A stretch of DNA of 63,344 bases, filler included. It is 11 parts of 11 records of this genome, joined end to end, with 100 filler letters (N's around TTAATTAATTAA, not from the genome) between each part and the next. Parts side by side here need not be neighbours in the genome. Positions count along the whole stretch, not along the records: positions 1 to 5,030 come from SRR7504441_4101; positions 5,131 to 10,931 come from SRR7504441_4102; 9 more parts are not named here. One strand, given 5' to 3'. The translations under genes and the position numbers were made by a program. The notes under the pieces are model-generated. The model had not been told where the DNA came from, searched no databases, and saw nothing but the letters and a program-made list of their open reading frames with translations. This document shows, one piece after another, positions 1-10,931 of this stretch (within the stretch, counting starts at the first letter, position 1; each line of letters opens with the position of its first letter).

Positions 1-85
1 CCCGCTGATGTCCTCCTCAAACTTGCAGTCCGTCGCGGTGAGATATTTTCTGTTTCTCTCTTAGAGTCTAAAGTGGAAAAGTTGA

Positions 86-718
86 ATGGAACTCACTAGG
101 TGCGGGGCGGCCCGTCGGGGTCGAGACCGGGGGGCAGCAACGCGCAAGTGGCAATCACCACCTCGTTCGACGAGCGCAACCCGCCGAGCAACATGCTCGA
201 CGGGTGCCATGTACCGCCAGCCGCCCGGCTCAGCCAACCGATAGGTTCGACCGGTCGTTCTGGGCCACCGGCGGGCTGTTCCCGCAGGAGTTTCTAATCC
301 AGCTGGACCGCCCGCACGACATCAGCAAGGTCGCCTGGCCGCCGCAGCCCGGCTCAACCTGCAGCCCAGGTGATGCTAGTTACGGCGGGGGTCCGCACGC
401 TGACGCTCGAGGCCCGAGACGCCAGTCTGCCCAACACCGACTTCACGCAAGTGACCCAGGACGGTTCGCCGAGCCAGCTCGGGCTGCCGGCCAGCCGGGG
501 ACAGCGTTTGAGAATATAGGCAGCCAGCAGCAGCAGAAGGAAATCACGGTGAGCCTCGGCTGGGCCAGAGCTGGAGCTGGGCCGCAGGTCGAGGGGGTGC
601 GCGCGACGCACCTGCGGTTTGTGATCGAATCAGGGTGGGTGGGTGGATGGATGGGGTGACTGGTCTGAGCAGGTGGTCGGACTTCTGCGCAGTGTACCGC
701 TGTCAGGTGTTTAGCTAG
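86..718 (+). CDS. IFT25: Intraflagellar transport protein 25 (HSPB11), 7 exons
   Basis: Removing six GT-AG introns of 38-41 nt (first 100-137) gives MELTSNAQVAITTSFDERNPPSNMLDGFDRSFWATGGLFPQEFLIQL...RATHLRFVIESGWSDFCAVYRCQVFS*. The W.T.GLFPQEF and LRF.I.SG..DF motifs are typical of IFT25. Confidence 0.88.
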
Positions 719-1440
719 ACTACATTTAATGGTGGGGGCAATCGTCGCCACTCCAGCAAGGTGCTTTCAAATGCCAGAGCACCTGGGGTCTAATGGCGGG
801 CAACGTCAATAAATAAAGGATGTATACCTATAAACCGGCAGCCGCGAGTGCATGGCTGTTTTATCCCACGCTGGCGCAAGCTTAGCTTGTTTTGAATTGT
901 TGGATCGCATAATTATCTCTTTGAAAAGGCATGAGTTCCGGAATGACAAAACATTGCTTAATTTTCAATTTTCAAACGAGGGCCTTAAACACGTTTTTCC
1001 CTCTAAAACGCGTTTGAGGCAATATAGAATGACAACGTGATTCCTGCGTGATTCCTCTCGGTCCCGCCGTCCCGCTCCTGTTCAATGTTCCACATTCATC
1101 TTAGTATGCACAGATACTCGCTCCGACTTACTTACGGCGATACAAGGTGGAAGTCTGCGGCCGTTGCGGCATGGCAGAGCAAAAAGGAATATCTCTGGCA
1201 GGAGCCACAACCGCCAGCGCGTCGGGCTCCAAGGGCGTGAGCGCGTGAGGGGCGGTGTGGATTGTGGAGGGCGTGCCCACAAAGCCGCTGAGCATTAGCA
1301 TCATGCTGCTCATTATGCCTCGGTGCCGAGCTTCTCGATCCTGTATAGACGACCCACTCAAAGTGAAGGCCGATCGACGGGTCCAGGCTCCCCAGGTTGC
1401 GTTGCCGTTAGAGCCCGGTCGGGCAGATTACGAAGCGACC

Positions 1441-2730
1441 ATGATCAGTGACTGCGGGGGATACATGGAGAGGCTGAAGGAGCAGATCGAGGAGGAAGAG
1501 GAGTGGGAGCGCCGGCCCAAGAAGCAAGCCGGCCCCGAGCGCTGGCGCCTCCGACTGCCGGGCTGGCTGCGGTACGTCGCCTACCTCGCAGTGCTTGTGA
1601 TAGCGATCGGCGGCATGCCATGCGAGCAGATCCGTTACATTAGCCCGCCCAGCCCGCTTCACCCGGCGGCCGACCCGCGCGACGCGATGAGCCTCGGGTT
1701 CGACAAAGGCAACCCGCTCGCGCCCAGCCTGTTGCTATTCGTTCACGGCTGGCCGGACAACTCAAAGGTCTGGAAGGCTCAGCTCAAAGGACTCTGCAAC
1801 GACCGGGACGGCCCAAACCGGTGCGTCGGCGTGGAGCTCCCCGGATTCGCCCCGGGGGCTCGCCGGCCCTCCGGGGACGGGCCTGATTTCGATGAGCTAA
1901 GCGCGATGCTCGTGGCAACCACCCGCCAGCTGGTCTCCGGCTACTCCGGCAGCCCGCCGGCCGTCACCGCGATCGGTCACGACTGGGGGGCTTGGCTCGT
2001 CTACATGACCGAGAAGGCCAACCCGGGGCTGTTTGATAAAGTGGTTGGGCTTGATGTCGGACCGGGTCCCGTGGCGCGGCCGCACGAGAGTGAGACTGTC
2101 TGGGTTGGCAAGCTCGTAACCTACCAACTAGTCAATCTGGCCATGTGGCAGCTGGGGTCCTGGATCCCGATGATAGGCCCGCTGGTGGCCAACTTTGTGC
2201 TCCGGAGCTTCTGCACTTTTTTCATGGGACTTGGCACAGGCGCCTGGACTCCAACTAGCTGGTACGAGCGATCCTACACCCAGTCGTACCCTTACTGGCA
2301 CACCTGGCGGCACGGGTCGCCTGACAAGGCGCTCTGCTTCGTGAAAGGCTACCAGGCGGTGCACGGGGTGCAGGAGTCGCCGCGCTGCCCGACCCTGTTC
2401 ATGGCTGCAACAGTCGGGATGAACTTGCACGGCAAGCTATGGTTTGACCAAATCAACCGCAAACGAGAGAGCGACGGGAGCTCCAAGGCAGTGCTGCTGC
2501 ACGGCTGCCACCACTGGCTGATGGCGCAGCAGCCGCACTGCGCCGCGCGGGTCAGCCTGCATATCAGGGAGTTCCTAGCAGGCCAGCCGGGCGATGACTC
2601 GACCGACGAGGAGGTCGAGCCTGTGGACCCGGCGGTTGCTTCTGTCCAAGATTCTTCGTGGGAGAGGTCGCACGTGCATGACTACGACCCAACGTACCAC
2701 GCCAAGCATACTGCACATACTGAGCTCTAG
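1441..2730 (+). CDS. Membrane-anchored alpha/beta hydrolase, epoxide-hydrolase-like
   Basis: Single ORF with HGWPD oxyanion motif, GHDWG nucleophile elbow, C-terminal His (HWLM) and an N-terminal hydrophobic segment YVAYLAVLVIAIGG. Start is 1441 or 1465. Confidence 0.8.
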   Translation: MISDCGGYMERLKEQIEEEEEWERRPKKQAGPERWRLRLPGWLRYVAYLAVLVIAIGGMPCEQIRYISPPSPLHPAADPRDAMSLGFDKGNPLAPSLLLFVHGWPDNSKVWKAQLKGLCNDRDGPNRCVGVELPGFAPGARRPSGDGPDFDELSAMLVATTRQLVSGYSGSPPAVTAIGHDWGAWLVYMTEKANPGLFDKVVGLDVGPGPVARPHESETVWVGKLVTYQLVNLAMWQLGSWIPMIGPLVANFVLRSFCTFFMGLGTGAWTPTSWYERSYTQSYPYWHTWRHGSPDKALCFVKGYQAVHGVQESPRCPTLFMAATVGMNLHGKLWFDQINRKRESDGSSKAVLLHGCHHWLMAQQPHCAARVSLHIREFLAGQPGDDSTDEEVEPVDPAVASVQDSSWERSHVHDYDPTYHAKHTAHTEL

Positions 2731-3047
2731 CTCCTGGCACAATCATGCAACGTCATACTCTCATGGAGGGCCGGCTACAAACTGTATGGTAGATATGATA
2801 GATACGACATAGTGGATTAGTTGGAACTGTTAGAGTTCAATCTAGTACAATCCAGAGAGCCACAAATGAATTTTCAATCTCAGTATTTGGAGCAAACACG
2901 GATCTTCTTAACAGTTAACTATCTTCGAACGCCCGCAATCATTTAATACATGTAAGTACACAATCATTCATGATTGTATTGAATTTATTCAAGTTAATCC
3001 GGATCCGCGACTTGTAAAGCAGTTGAGTCCATGCTCGTATACTTATT

Positions 3048-5030
3048 TTACTTGGGGCGCATGCCAGGCCGCTTGGTCTGCTTGGCCAGATATTCGTCCA
3101 CTGTCCCGCCCCACTCGCGCACCTGTTGCTCTTCCACCAGCAACACACGGCACTCGAGCGCAGAGAGCAGCGACCTGTTATGCGAAACCAGCACCACCCC
3201 ACCCTCGAACAGCCTGAGCGCCTCCTGCAGCGCGTCGATCGAGTAAATGTCCAGGTGATTAGTAGGCTCATCAAGCACAAGCACATGCGGTCTCCGGGCG
3301 GCCAGTGTGGCAAACACCACCCTCACCCGCTGCCCGCCTGATAGCGTGCTCATCTCCTGAACTGCCAGCTCGCTGGGCATCCCAAACGAGCTCAGCGTGG
3401 CGCGAGCCTCGTGCTCCTTCATAGCCGGGAATGCAGCCATCAGGTGACTCAGCGGCGTGCTTTCCGGCTCGGCCTCGAGTGCCTCAGTATGGTGCTGTGA
3501 GTAAAGCCCAATCCGCAAGTTGGGCTGCCGGAGTACCTGGCCACTCAGAGGCTGCAGCTCCTCCGTGATCGCCTTGATGAGCGTGCTCTTTCCGGCCCCG
3601 TTTCGGCCTAGCACAGCCACCCGGCACCGCGCGGTTAATGCGAGCGAGACCCGTCGCAGCACCGGCTGGGCACACTGAGGGTACCCGAAGCTGGCCTCGC
3701 GCAGCTCGAGCACAGCTGAATGCTCGGCCGTGCCCAGCGGAGCAGCCTGCGTGAAGCTGAACCTCACAGTGGGGTCGCCACGCTGGATGAGTGGCGCGGC
3801 ACTCATTTTCCCATTCTTCCATCCTCCGTCGTTCTCGTTGGCGGCGCCCTTGCGCAGCCCGTGCTTTTGTGCGTTAAACTTCTTGCCATCTACCTTCTCT
3901 AGCCCCATTCTGCCTAGCTTCTTGGCCCGCGAGGCCACCTGATCCGACTTCTTCTGGTCCCCCTTTTTGCCAGCCGCCTGCTTGCGCATCGCCTCCATGC
4001 TCTTTTGCACCTTCTCCTTTTTCTTCTCCAGAGCCTCCACCTGCCGCTGCAACCCAAGTTGAGCCTCAGTCGCCTTCAGCTCAAACTCGGCCAACGTGCC
4101 ATTGAAGTAATCCAGCCGGAAGTTAGCGAAGATGACAACGTCGGTCGCCACGGCCTCGATGAACGCACGGTCGTGGCTCACACAGAGCAGCGTGCCTCTG
4201 AACCGCTCGACCAAGTATCTGGTCAGCCATCGGATTCCGTTGAGATCTAGATGGTTAGTCGGTTCGTCGAGCATCAGCAGCCGGGGCGAGCTCAACAAAG
4301 CGCACCCCAGCGCCAGCCGCATCCGCCACCCTCCGCTGAGCGACCCGACCGGTGCCTCGAGCATCTCTTCTCTGAACCCGACCCCCCTGAGTACGCCCTC
4401 GGCCTGCCACCCGCTCACGCCAGCCTGCTCTCCCTCCAGCTGCTCGTATATCTCGCACAGCCGCTCTGCCACTCGGTCGGTCATCTCGCCGGCCTCGAGC
4501 TTCTCAGCTTCCTCATGGAGCGCGCTTGCCGGACTGGCGGCCATCGCTGTGTCGAGTACAGTCCGGTCGAGCTCAAGCGTCAGCTGCTGGTCCACAAGGA
4601 ACGTGCTCACCTCGGTCGGCCAGCCCTCCACCCGGCCGGACTGTATCGCCTGCAGCAGCGTCGACTTGCCGCACCCATTCTTCCCAAGCAGTAAGTACCG
4701 CGCGCCCTCACGCAGCCGCAAGTTGCAATCCAGGTGCGCGAATGAGCCCGCGTGTATCGCCCCGTGGTTGCGCGTATCCTGGAGCAGCATCCGACCCCCA
4801 GCCAGCAGCCGATGCACTGGCACGTCCACAAGCATTCCGCCGGCCCGTCGACTCGCGTTGGCCGCCGGCATCCAGCCCTCGGGCCCCCGCCGGCGCTCTC
4901 GTGCCCCGGCTGCCCGCTTAGTTGGCACAGCAATGCTCGGACCCGACGCTGACACTGCCTCAGGCTCTGGCGTGTTCTCCAGCACCGGCTCCGGCTCCAA
5001 CTCTGGTGCTGGCTCTGGTGCTGGCTCTGG
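3048..5030 (-). CDS. ABC-F family ATPase (5' truncated by contig end)
   Basis: Two ABC domains (GKNGCGKST/LSGGW/LDEPTNHLD and GRNGAGKST/LSGGQ/LDEPTNHLD), no transmembrane domain, N-terminal EP repeats, no introns. Confidence 0.92.
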   Translation of the reverse strand, partial: PEPAPEPAPELEPEPVLENTPEPEAVSASGPSIAVPTKRAAGARERRRGPEGWMPAANASRRAGGMLVDVPVHRLLAGGRMLLQDTRNHGAIHAGSFAHLDCNLRLREGARYLLLGKNGCGKSTLLQAIQSGRVEGWPTEVSTFLVDQQLTLELDRTVLDTAMAASPASALHEEAEKLEAGEMTDRVAERLCEIYEQLEGEQAGVSGWQAEGVLRGVGFREEMLEAPVGSLSGGWRMRLALGCALLSSPRLLMLDEPTNHLDLNGIRWLTRYLVERFRGTLLCVSHDRAFIEAVATDVVIFANFRLDYFNGTLAEFELKATEAQLGLQRQVEALEKKKEKVQKSMEAMRKQAAGKKGDQKKSDQVASRAKKLGRMGLEKVDGKKFNAQKHGLRKGAANENDGGWKNGKMSAAPLIQRGDPTVRFSFTQAAPLGTAEHSAVLELREASFGYPQCAQPVLRRVSLALTARCRVAVLGRNGAGKSTLIKAITEELQPLSGQVLRQPNLRIGLYSQHHTEALEAEPESTPLSHLMAAFPAMKEHEARATLSSFGMPSELAVQEMSTLSGGQRVRVVFATLAARRPHVLVLDEPTNHLDIYSIDALQEALRLFEGGVVLVSHNRSLLSALECRVLLVEEQQVREWGGTVDEYLAKQTKRPGMRPK

Positions 5031-5130
5031 NNNNNNNNNNNNNNNNNNNNNNNNNNNNNNNNNNNNNNNNNNNNTTAATTAATTAANNNNNNNNNNNNNN
5101 NNNNNNNNNNNNNNNNNNNNNNNNNNNNNN
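5031..5130. other. Artificial contig linker (N44-TTAATTAATTAA-N44)
   Basis: An identical 100-nt spacer with stops in all six frames recurs at 10932-11031, 15441-15540, 23476-23575, 26706-26805, 30428-30527, 34503-34602, 44543-44642, 55862-55961 and 59796-59895. Confidence 0.98.
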
Positions 5131-5385
5131 CGTTGGCTATGTGGCAATCCGTGTATTAATTATTTAATATTTTAATCAATCAGGCAGTTGTACAGCCATG
5201 CACACTCGAGTTAACTCGAGCACGACTCGCATAATTATCAATTATGGCCAACGTTGACACGACAGACAACATGACAGACAAGTGCGAGCTCATCGTGCTC
5301 ATCTGAATCATCATGGATCTAAAGCTCGAGTTGGCACGTTGACGACCGGTCAGTGTGACACCCCCCACGTCCGCCACGTGTGCCC

Positions 5386-7152
5386 TCATTTCGGCTCAAA
5401 TATCACAAAGCGAGAGTCGAGACCGCCCACGCTGCCCGTGCTCCAGGCGCCGTCGACAATCGGTCCTGCATCCGCTCCGGACCAGACATCGGTCACGGTC
5501 GCATCGGTGGCACTGATGTTGAGCTCGCTCAGTGTCACATTAGCCGTATAGCTGAGCCCGCCGCCATTGATGAAGAGCGCCGCGGTTCGGCCCTGCCCGA
5601 GAGGCTTGGCCCACAGCTGGACTCCGGCTACTGCTGCCGGTGGAGGGTTATACCCAGCCCGTGCAGCAAGGCAGTAGTTGGCTTGGCTTCTAACGCTGCC
5701 GTCGCGCGGGCTGACCACCCACTGCTGGGCTGGACTAGCGCCACATCTGTACACATCCACCTTGCCAGGGACAGTGCCAGTGCCGGTGGCCTGTAGGCAG
5801 CCAGGGTACGGCTTGCCGCCCGCAGGCGCATCGACAGTGAACTGTTTGCTGGCTTGATTGTATGAAAAGTTCTGGAAAGCGCTCTTATTCCCGCAGCTGA
5901 GGAGGTTGACCGGGAGCGTCCAGCCTTGGGTCGAGAGGCAGAGGCCCTGGTGGGCAAGAGAGCCGGTGCTTGCGGAGTAGCTCCAGCCATGCTGGGTGGC
6001 ATCGCTAGCATTGCAAGGCACACTTACGACCGCTGAGCCGGGTGCCACAGGCGGAGCAGGAGGGGAGGCCGGTGGGAGGGTGCGGACCAGCGAGCCAGGG
6101 TGACCGGCCCATGCCTGGTTGATGGCTAGGGCCTGCTTGTTCCCGATGATGTCCAGGATCGGCTCCAGGTTTTCATCCGAAGGGTGGATCGAGAGCACCA
6201 GCGGGCTCGAGATGATCGCGAACGCTGCAAAGTGCGCCCGGCTCCAGGCCTCGTATTGGGGGGCAGCGCAGCCGTGGGTTCTGGAGGGGCAGCCCAGCCT
6301 GCCGACTTGCAGCATGTCTGGGTAGGCCCAGCAGCCCGGTCGAGAGACAGGCGCATTCCATGTGCTGAAGCGGGTTGTAGTCTGCAGGTTGCTGTACCAC
6401 GTCCCGAGCGCGTTGTTGCTGTCACCGCTGGTCCGGTAGAAGTTGAATGGACACCAATCGGCTGTGGGGCACGACGAAGCGTCGTCCACCGTGCACGCAC
6501 CCCAGTGGCAGTTTTCAATCGTATAAGCCTTGCCTGTGCTCTTCATCAGCTGTGCGTAGAAAGTCATGTTGCACATGCGGCCGCAGCCGTCGAATTTGAC
6601 CGAATCAAACCCAAGTTGGTGGAGCATCTGGATGTCGCCCTCGTAGTTCACATCCCATCCGCTGGCCGGCTCGCGCTTCTCGATGCAGCCGCACCCGTTG
6701 AAGTACCACCCCATCTTGACCCCACGGGCATGCCCGTACTCCACGAGCCCCTTCAGGTCCGGAAACAGCGTCGGATTGACCGCGGGGGTCCCGTTGAGGT
6801 AGTGCTGCGTGCCGTTCACCCCGAGCCCACAACCCTCCCAGCCTTCGTCGATCCCAGCCGAGCAATACCCGAGCTCGCAGAGCGACACCGGCCTGTCCCA
6901 GCCCTTGACGGTCCGATTCTTGGCCACCAGCGCATCGATGACGGTCTGAATCATCGGCTGACTCATTGCAGTGTAGTAGGCGTACCAGGAGCGCCAGCCC
7001 TGGGGCGGGGTCTGGGCGAGCCCGTTCCAGCCCGGGGGGTAGGCGGTGCTGGTGCGCGGGCCGTACCCCTGGTGCGACATGCCGTTGCAGTACCCGGAGA
7101 CCCCGGCGCAGCTGCCCAGGACGGCCAGCAGGGTGAGCCAGGTTGTAGCCAT
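5386..7152 (-). CDS. Secreted GH27 alpha-galactosidase/alpha-N-acetylgalactosaminidase with inserted ricin-B lectin domain
   Basis: Signal peptide MATTWLTLLAVLGSCAG; NGLAQTPPQGWRSW, IDEGW, KFDGC, RTSGD and YPDMLQVG motifs; a QxW-type lectin flanked by Pro-rich linkers precedes WAKPL. No introns. Confidence 0.9.
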   Translation of the reverse strand: MATTWLTLLAVLGSCAGVSGYCNGMSHQGYGPRTSTAYPPGWNGLAQTPPQGWRSWYAYYTAMSQPMIQTVIDALVAKNRTVKGWDRPVSLCELGYCSAGIDEGWEGCGLGVNGTQHYLNGTPAVNPTLFPDLKGLVEYGHARGVKMGWYFNGCGCIEKREPASGWDVNYEGDIQMLHQLGFDSVKFDGCGRMCNMTFYAQLMKSTGKAYTIENCHWGACTVDDASSCPTADWCPFNFYRTSGDSNNALGTWYSNLQTTTRFSTWNAPVSRPGCWAYPDMLQVGRLGCPSRTHGCAAPQYEAWSRAHFAAFAIISSPLVLSIHPSDENLEPILDIIGNKQALAINQAWAGHPGSLVRTLPPASPPAPPVAPGSAVVSVPCNASDATQHGWSYSASTGSLAHQGLCLSTQGWTLPVNLLSCGNKSAFQNFSYNQASKQFTVDAPAGGKPYPGCLQATGTGTVPGKVDVYRCGASPAQQWVVSPRDGSVRSQANYCLAARAGYNPPPAAVAGVQLWAKPLGQGRTAALFINGGGLSYTANVTLSELNISATDATVTDVWSGADAGPIVDGAWSTGSVGGLDSRFVIFEPK

Positions 7153-7181
7153 CTCAGTGATGCTCAACGGCCAACCAACAC

Positions 7182-9611
7182 ATGGCGGCTTCATACCCGC
7201 CGGGCTTCGCACCCGAGGACTGGAGGGCGGCCGCGCGGGACCGGCAGCCTGACGCGGCCCGGCAGTCCACGGTGGACGCGGCCAAGGCGCAGATCCGGAC
7301 CGAGATCGAGCTGGACGAGTGGGACCGGCGGGGGTACCATCGGTCGCTCGACCTGCAGCGAATGCGCCAGCACGGCCAACGGGCGGACAGCCAAACCCGG
7401 GTGGACAGCCACGCCGTCTCGCCCGAACAATTCCTCGAGCTCTACCAGCGGCCGCAGCGGCCGGCCGTGATCAGCGGGCTCTGCGACCACTGGCCGGCGG
7501 CGTCAGCGTGGACACCGGAGAAGCTATCTGCTCGGTTCGCCGGTGTGAACTTCCGTGTGGGGTCCGACGACGACGGGGACGCGGTGGAGATCCCGATGGA
7601 CTGCTTCTGGTGGTACTGCCAGCATGGGCAGGCGGCTACAGACGACAACCCGATTTACCTGTTCGACCGAGAGGTTTGACGTCCCAGGTGGCGCCGGAGC
7701 CGTGGGGGGGCAGTTTGAGGACTCTGACCGGGGCAAGTCGCTGGTGGACGACTATGCGGTGCCCCCGTACTTCAAGCAGGACCTGTTCGGGGTGATCGGA
7801 GACTCTGACCGACCGCCGTGGCGCTGGGTGGTGATGGGGCCAGCCCGGTCAGGCTCGGCCGTGCACACCGGTGGCTCAAGATACTGGCCGGCGTGCTGAT
7901 TGTGGCGTGTAGATCCGTTGGACACATCGGCCTGGAACGCGCTGCTCTCAGGCCACAAGTATTGGGTGCTTTACCCGCCTGAGACTCCCAAGGCGGCCAT
8001 CAAGCCGGAGCTCGAGGACGAGCATCACGTCGGCGGGGCGGCAGCCTGGTTCAGCCACGTTTTCCCGAAGACGCTCAGTCCGGATTGGCCGTACGCTCCA
8101 CCTGTGGTGATCCTACAGCACCCAGGGGAGACCATGTACGTGCCTTGCATGTGGTGGCATGCCGTACTCAACCTGGACACTACCATTGCTGTCACCCATA
8201 ACTTGGCTGAGCCGGTCAATTTCGACAGAATCTGGCGGACTGTCGCTGTCAAACGGACAGACATGGTGCACCTCTGGATGCGGATACTTAAGGCATCCCC
8301 TGCTGGCTGGCGCGGCTGACCCAGCTGGGTCAGGAGGAATGGCCGGAGCTAGCTATCCGAGCTGAGCAGATGGGCGGCTTGACGGCAGTCCGGGAGATGG
8401 CGGTGCACCACCGGAAGAAGAAGGCCCGGTCTAGCATACCGCTCAGTAATTGGACAGCCGAGCGATACGCCGAGCGGCTAGACTTGCCGGCATTGTCAGT
8501 TGCTCCGTCGCGAGAGGCGGGGCTGGTGAGGCTTTGCCTGCCGGAGCAGTTGGACGAGGCCTGCCAGCGAGTGGAATGCGGGGCTGGCCCGATGCTGCTC
8601 CAAGGGGCGGCCGATGACTGGCCGGCCTGCGAGTGGAGCCTGGACAGCCTCAACAACCGGTTTGGAAAGTGCAAGCTGTGCGTGGGCTCGTCCGATGAAG
8701 GCGCCTCGGTGAAGATGCCGTTGCGGGACTACGCGTGGTATTGTGGGAGTGCAGAGGCCTCGGCGGACGACAACCCTCTTCAAGGCACTCGTGGCTGTTG
8801 GCTGCAGACTGAGCTCAATGGTCGCAGTGTACGACGGCAGCTTTGAGGACCACAAGAAGCTCCGAGCGCTGCTGGACGAGTACACCCCTGCGAGCTGCTT
8901 CCATAACGACCTGTTCAGCACTATTCCCGACGATGATCGCCCGCCCAACAAGTGCTGCGCTGGGGGCTGTGCTGGGTGAGCGGCTGGGCAGGTGGATCGT
9001 GATGGGCCCGGCTCGGGCCGGCAGCGCGTTGAGTGTGGACCCGCTCGGGACATGCTCATGGCACACGCTGCTGCAAGGGTCCCGCAGGTAAGGCCACGTG
9101 CAGCAGTTCAGCCTCAGCCTGCCGTGCAGGTGGTTCTTGGCTGCACCCGGAGTGTCAAAGCGGGCCATGGCGCCCAGAGGCAAACTGACACTCCCGAGCG
9201 ACGTAGGCGGCGCAGCCCAGTGGTGCGCGAATGTGCAGCTTGGGTTTCTGACTCGGCAGCTGCAGGTTCGACAAGGTGTATCCGATGACTCAGCTCGCGA
9301 GCTGGCACGGGCACGTTGTGGAGATCACGCAGCGGCCTGGCGAGACTCTGTACATTCCAGCCGGCTGGCAGCAGGTCGTGATCAACACCGAGTTTTCGAT
9401 CGGGCTCACTCAGAACTTTGCATCGGCATACAACTTTGATAAGGTGTACAGTATGGTGGCCTCGAGGCGCGAAGACATGCTAGACGCTTGGCTGGAGGGG
9501 CTGGCCCGTACGCATCCACAGCTCTACCAGCAAGCGCTTTACAAGCGGTATAACAACGGAGCTGGCTTTTCCCGACTACCGCAGTCTACTGTTGCATTGG
9601 AACAAGCTTGA
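7182..9611 (+). CDS. Tandem double JMJD6-like JmjC protein, 8 exons
   Basis: First half has [37 protein letters not shown] and WWHAVLNLDTTIAVTHN. A second copy follows after GC-AG intron 8293-8333. Seven introns of 40-43 nt. Confidence 0.85.
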
Positions 9612-9752
9612 TCATAACAGATCATAATTATCATGCATAGTTATCGCACAGTACCGCAATACAATGTCATGCACAATATCATGTACAACTAAATTTAGCT
9701 CCGGTCTAATTCGTGATGGCGGCAAGCCTGTATACAACTAGATACATTCAGA

Positions 9753-10931
9753 TTATACTTTTAATTCTTTGCGGCCAGTCGCAGCCCAGAGTTCCTTTTG
9801 CTTGGCCTTGATGCGGCCCTCGATTTCTTGGGGCAGCACCGGCGCCGCCCAGAGCCCTGTGGCCACCTTGAAAGCCGTCCATGGCAGTCCGGTGGATATG
9901 GCGGCGTATAGCATTCTAGGAGTCGAAATGTAAGCCATCAGTCCCTCTTGCACAGCGGGGAGGCTCAGCGCTCTCTCCCAGTACTCTCTTAGCGCTGGAT
10001 ACTTGTCAAAGACTTGCTCAAACATAAACGGCGTGGCCACAGTAAAGATCCGGAAGATTGGCAGGAAATACACATCACCCGTCGAGAGCTCGTCTCCAAA
10101 CAGGAACCTGCCGCTAATTTTGACCAGCTGCTCCCCACGGGCCATGATCTGATCCAGACGCTCATAGTTCATCTGGAGCTCAGCCGCCTTCCGCTCGCCG
10201 GCCTGCTGAGCGCGCACCATGTTGCTATACCCGGCGATCTTTTTGACGTACGCCTCGATCAAGAACTGTTGGTCGTCTGGCCTCTCGTCCAAGACTTGCT
10301 TCAAGTAAGTCCGGAGCGCAGTGAGCCGCATCTTGTGGGCAAAATCAGCCCCGCCCGCCATCGCATGAGAGGAATACGTGAATAAATACTCGTCCCAGGT
10401 CCGGCAAAAGAGGCACCACTGCACCATTTCCTGTTTGCGGCCGTGCGCCACCGCCAGCTTGTCACCCGTACCCGGGTAGTGCTCCAGAAGGTACATGATC
10501 ATGTTAGTCGAGTCCGTGTGCACTTTATCATCGACCTGCATGGTAGGCACTGCCATAGTGTCCGGATTTAGTCGAGCATACGCTGGTCTGTAGTTGTTCT
10601 CCATGTGATTGACATACAGGACCAGCGTCTCCTCGGATTTGGCCGAAATCCGCACCGCCAGCGTGGCCTTCCCCGAGTTGAACGAGCCCACGAACTGGTG
10701 CAGCACCGGCCTGTCCACGGGAGCTGAGACAGTCCGGGTGCCGCCCTCCGCCAGCAAGGATCCGGTCACCTGCACTGATGCGTCGTCCCACGCTTTGGCC
10801 TCGCCCGCGGTCCCCTGCTCCGGCCGCCAGCGCTCTACCCGCCAGCAAGTCTGGAGCCTCGATCCAACCCCCTCGGCCACCCGGCAGGCCCGATCGTGGT
10901 GGCCCGGGACCTGGTCCGCGCGCCAGCCAGC
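9753..10931 (-). CDS. Glutathione S-transferase-fold protein, GDAP1-like (5' end uncertain or truncated)
   Basis: SFNSGK, YARLNP..VPT and DSTNMIMYL in the GST-N domain; FLFGDELSTGD in GST-C; long helical insertion and hydrophobic C-terminal segment. Confidence 0.75.
   Translation of the reverse strand, partial: AGWRADQVPGHHDRACRVAEGVGSRLQTCWRVERWRPEQGTAGEAKAWDDASVQVTGSLLAEGGTRTVSAPVDRPVLHQFVGSFNSGKATLAVRISAKSEETLVLYVNHMENNYRPAYARLNPDTMAVPTMQVDDKVHTDSTNMIMYLLEHYPGTGDKLAVAHGRKQEMVQWCLFCRTWDEYLFTYSSHAMAGGADFAHKMRLTALRTYLKQVLDERPDDQQFLIEAYVKKIAGYSNMVRAQQAGERKAAELQMNYERLDQIMARGEQLVKISGRFLFGDELSTGDVYFLPIFRIFTVATPFMFEQVFDKYPALREYWERALSLPAVQEGLMAYISTPRMLYAAISTGLPWTAFKVATGLWAAPVLPQEIEGRIKAKQKELWAATGRKELKV

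Noticed and set aside
4132-5082. Long antisense or overlapping ORFs (also 6184-7470, 11684-13087, 37127-38077, 40488-41303)
   Set aside because: These are shadow frames expected in high-GC coding DNA and show no protein motifs of their own.
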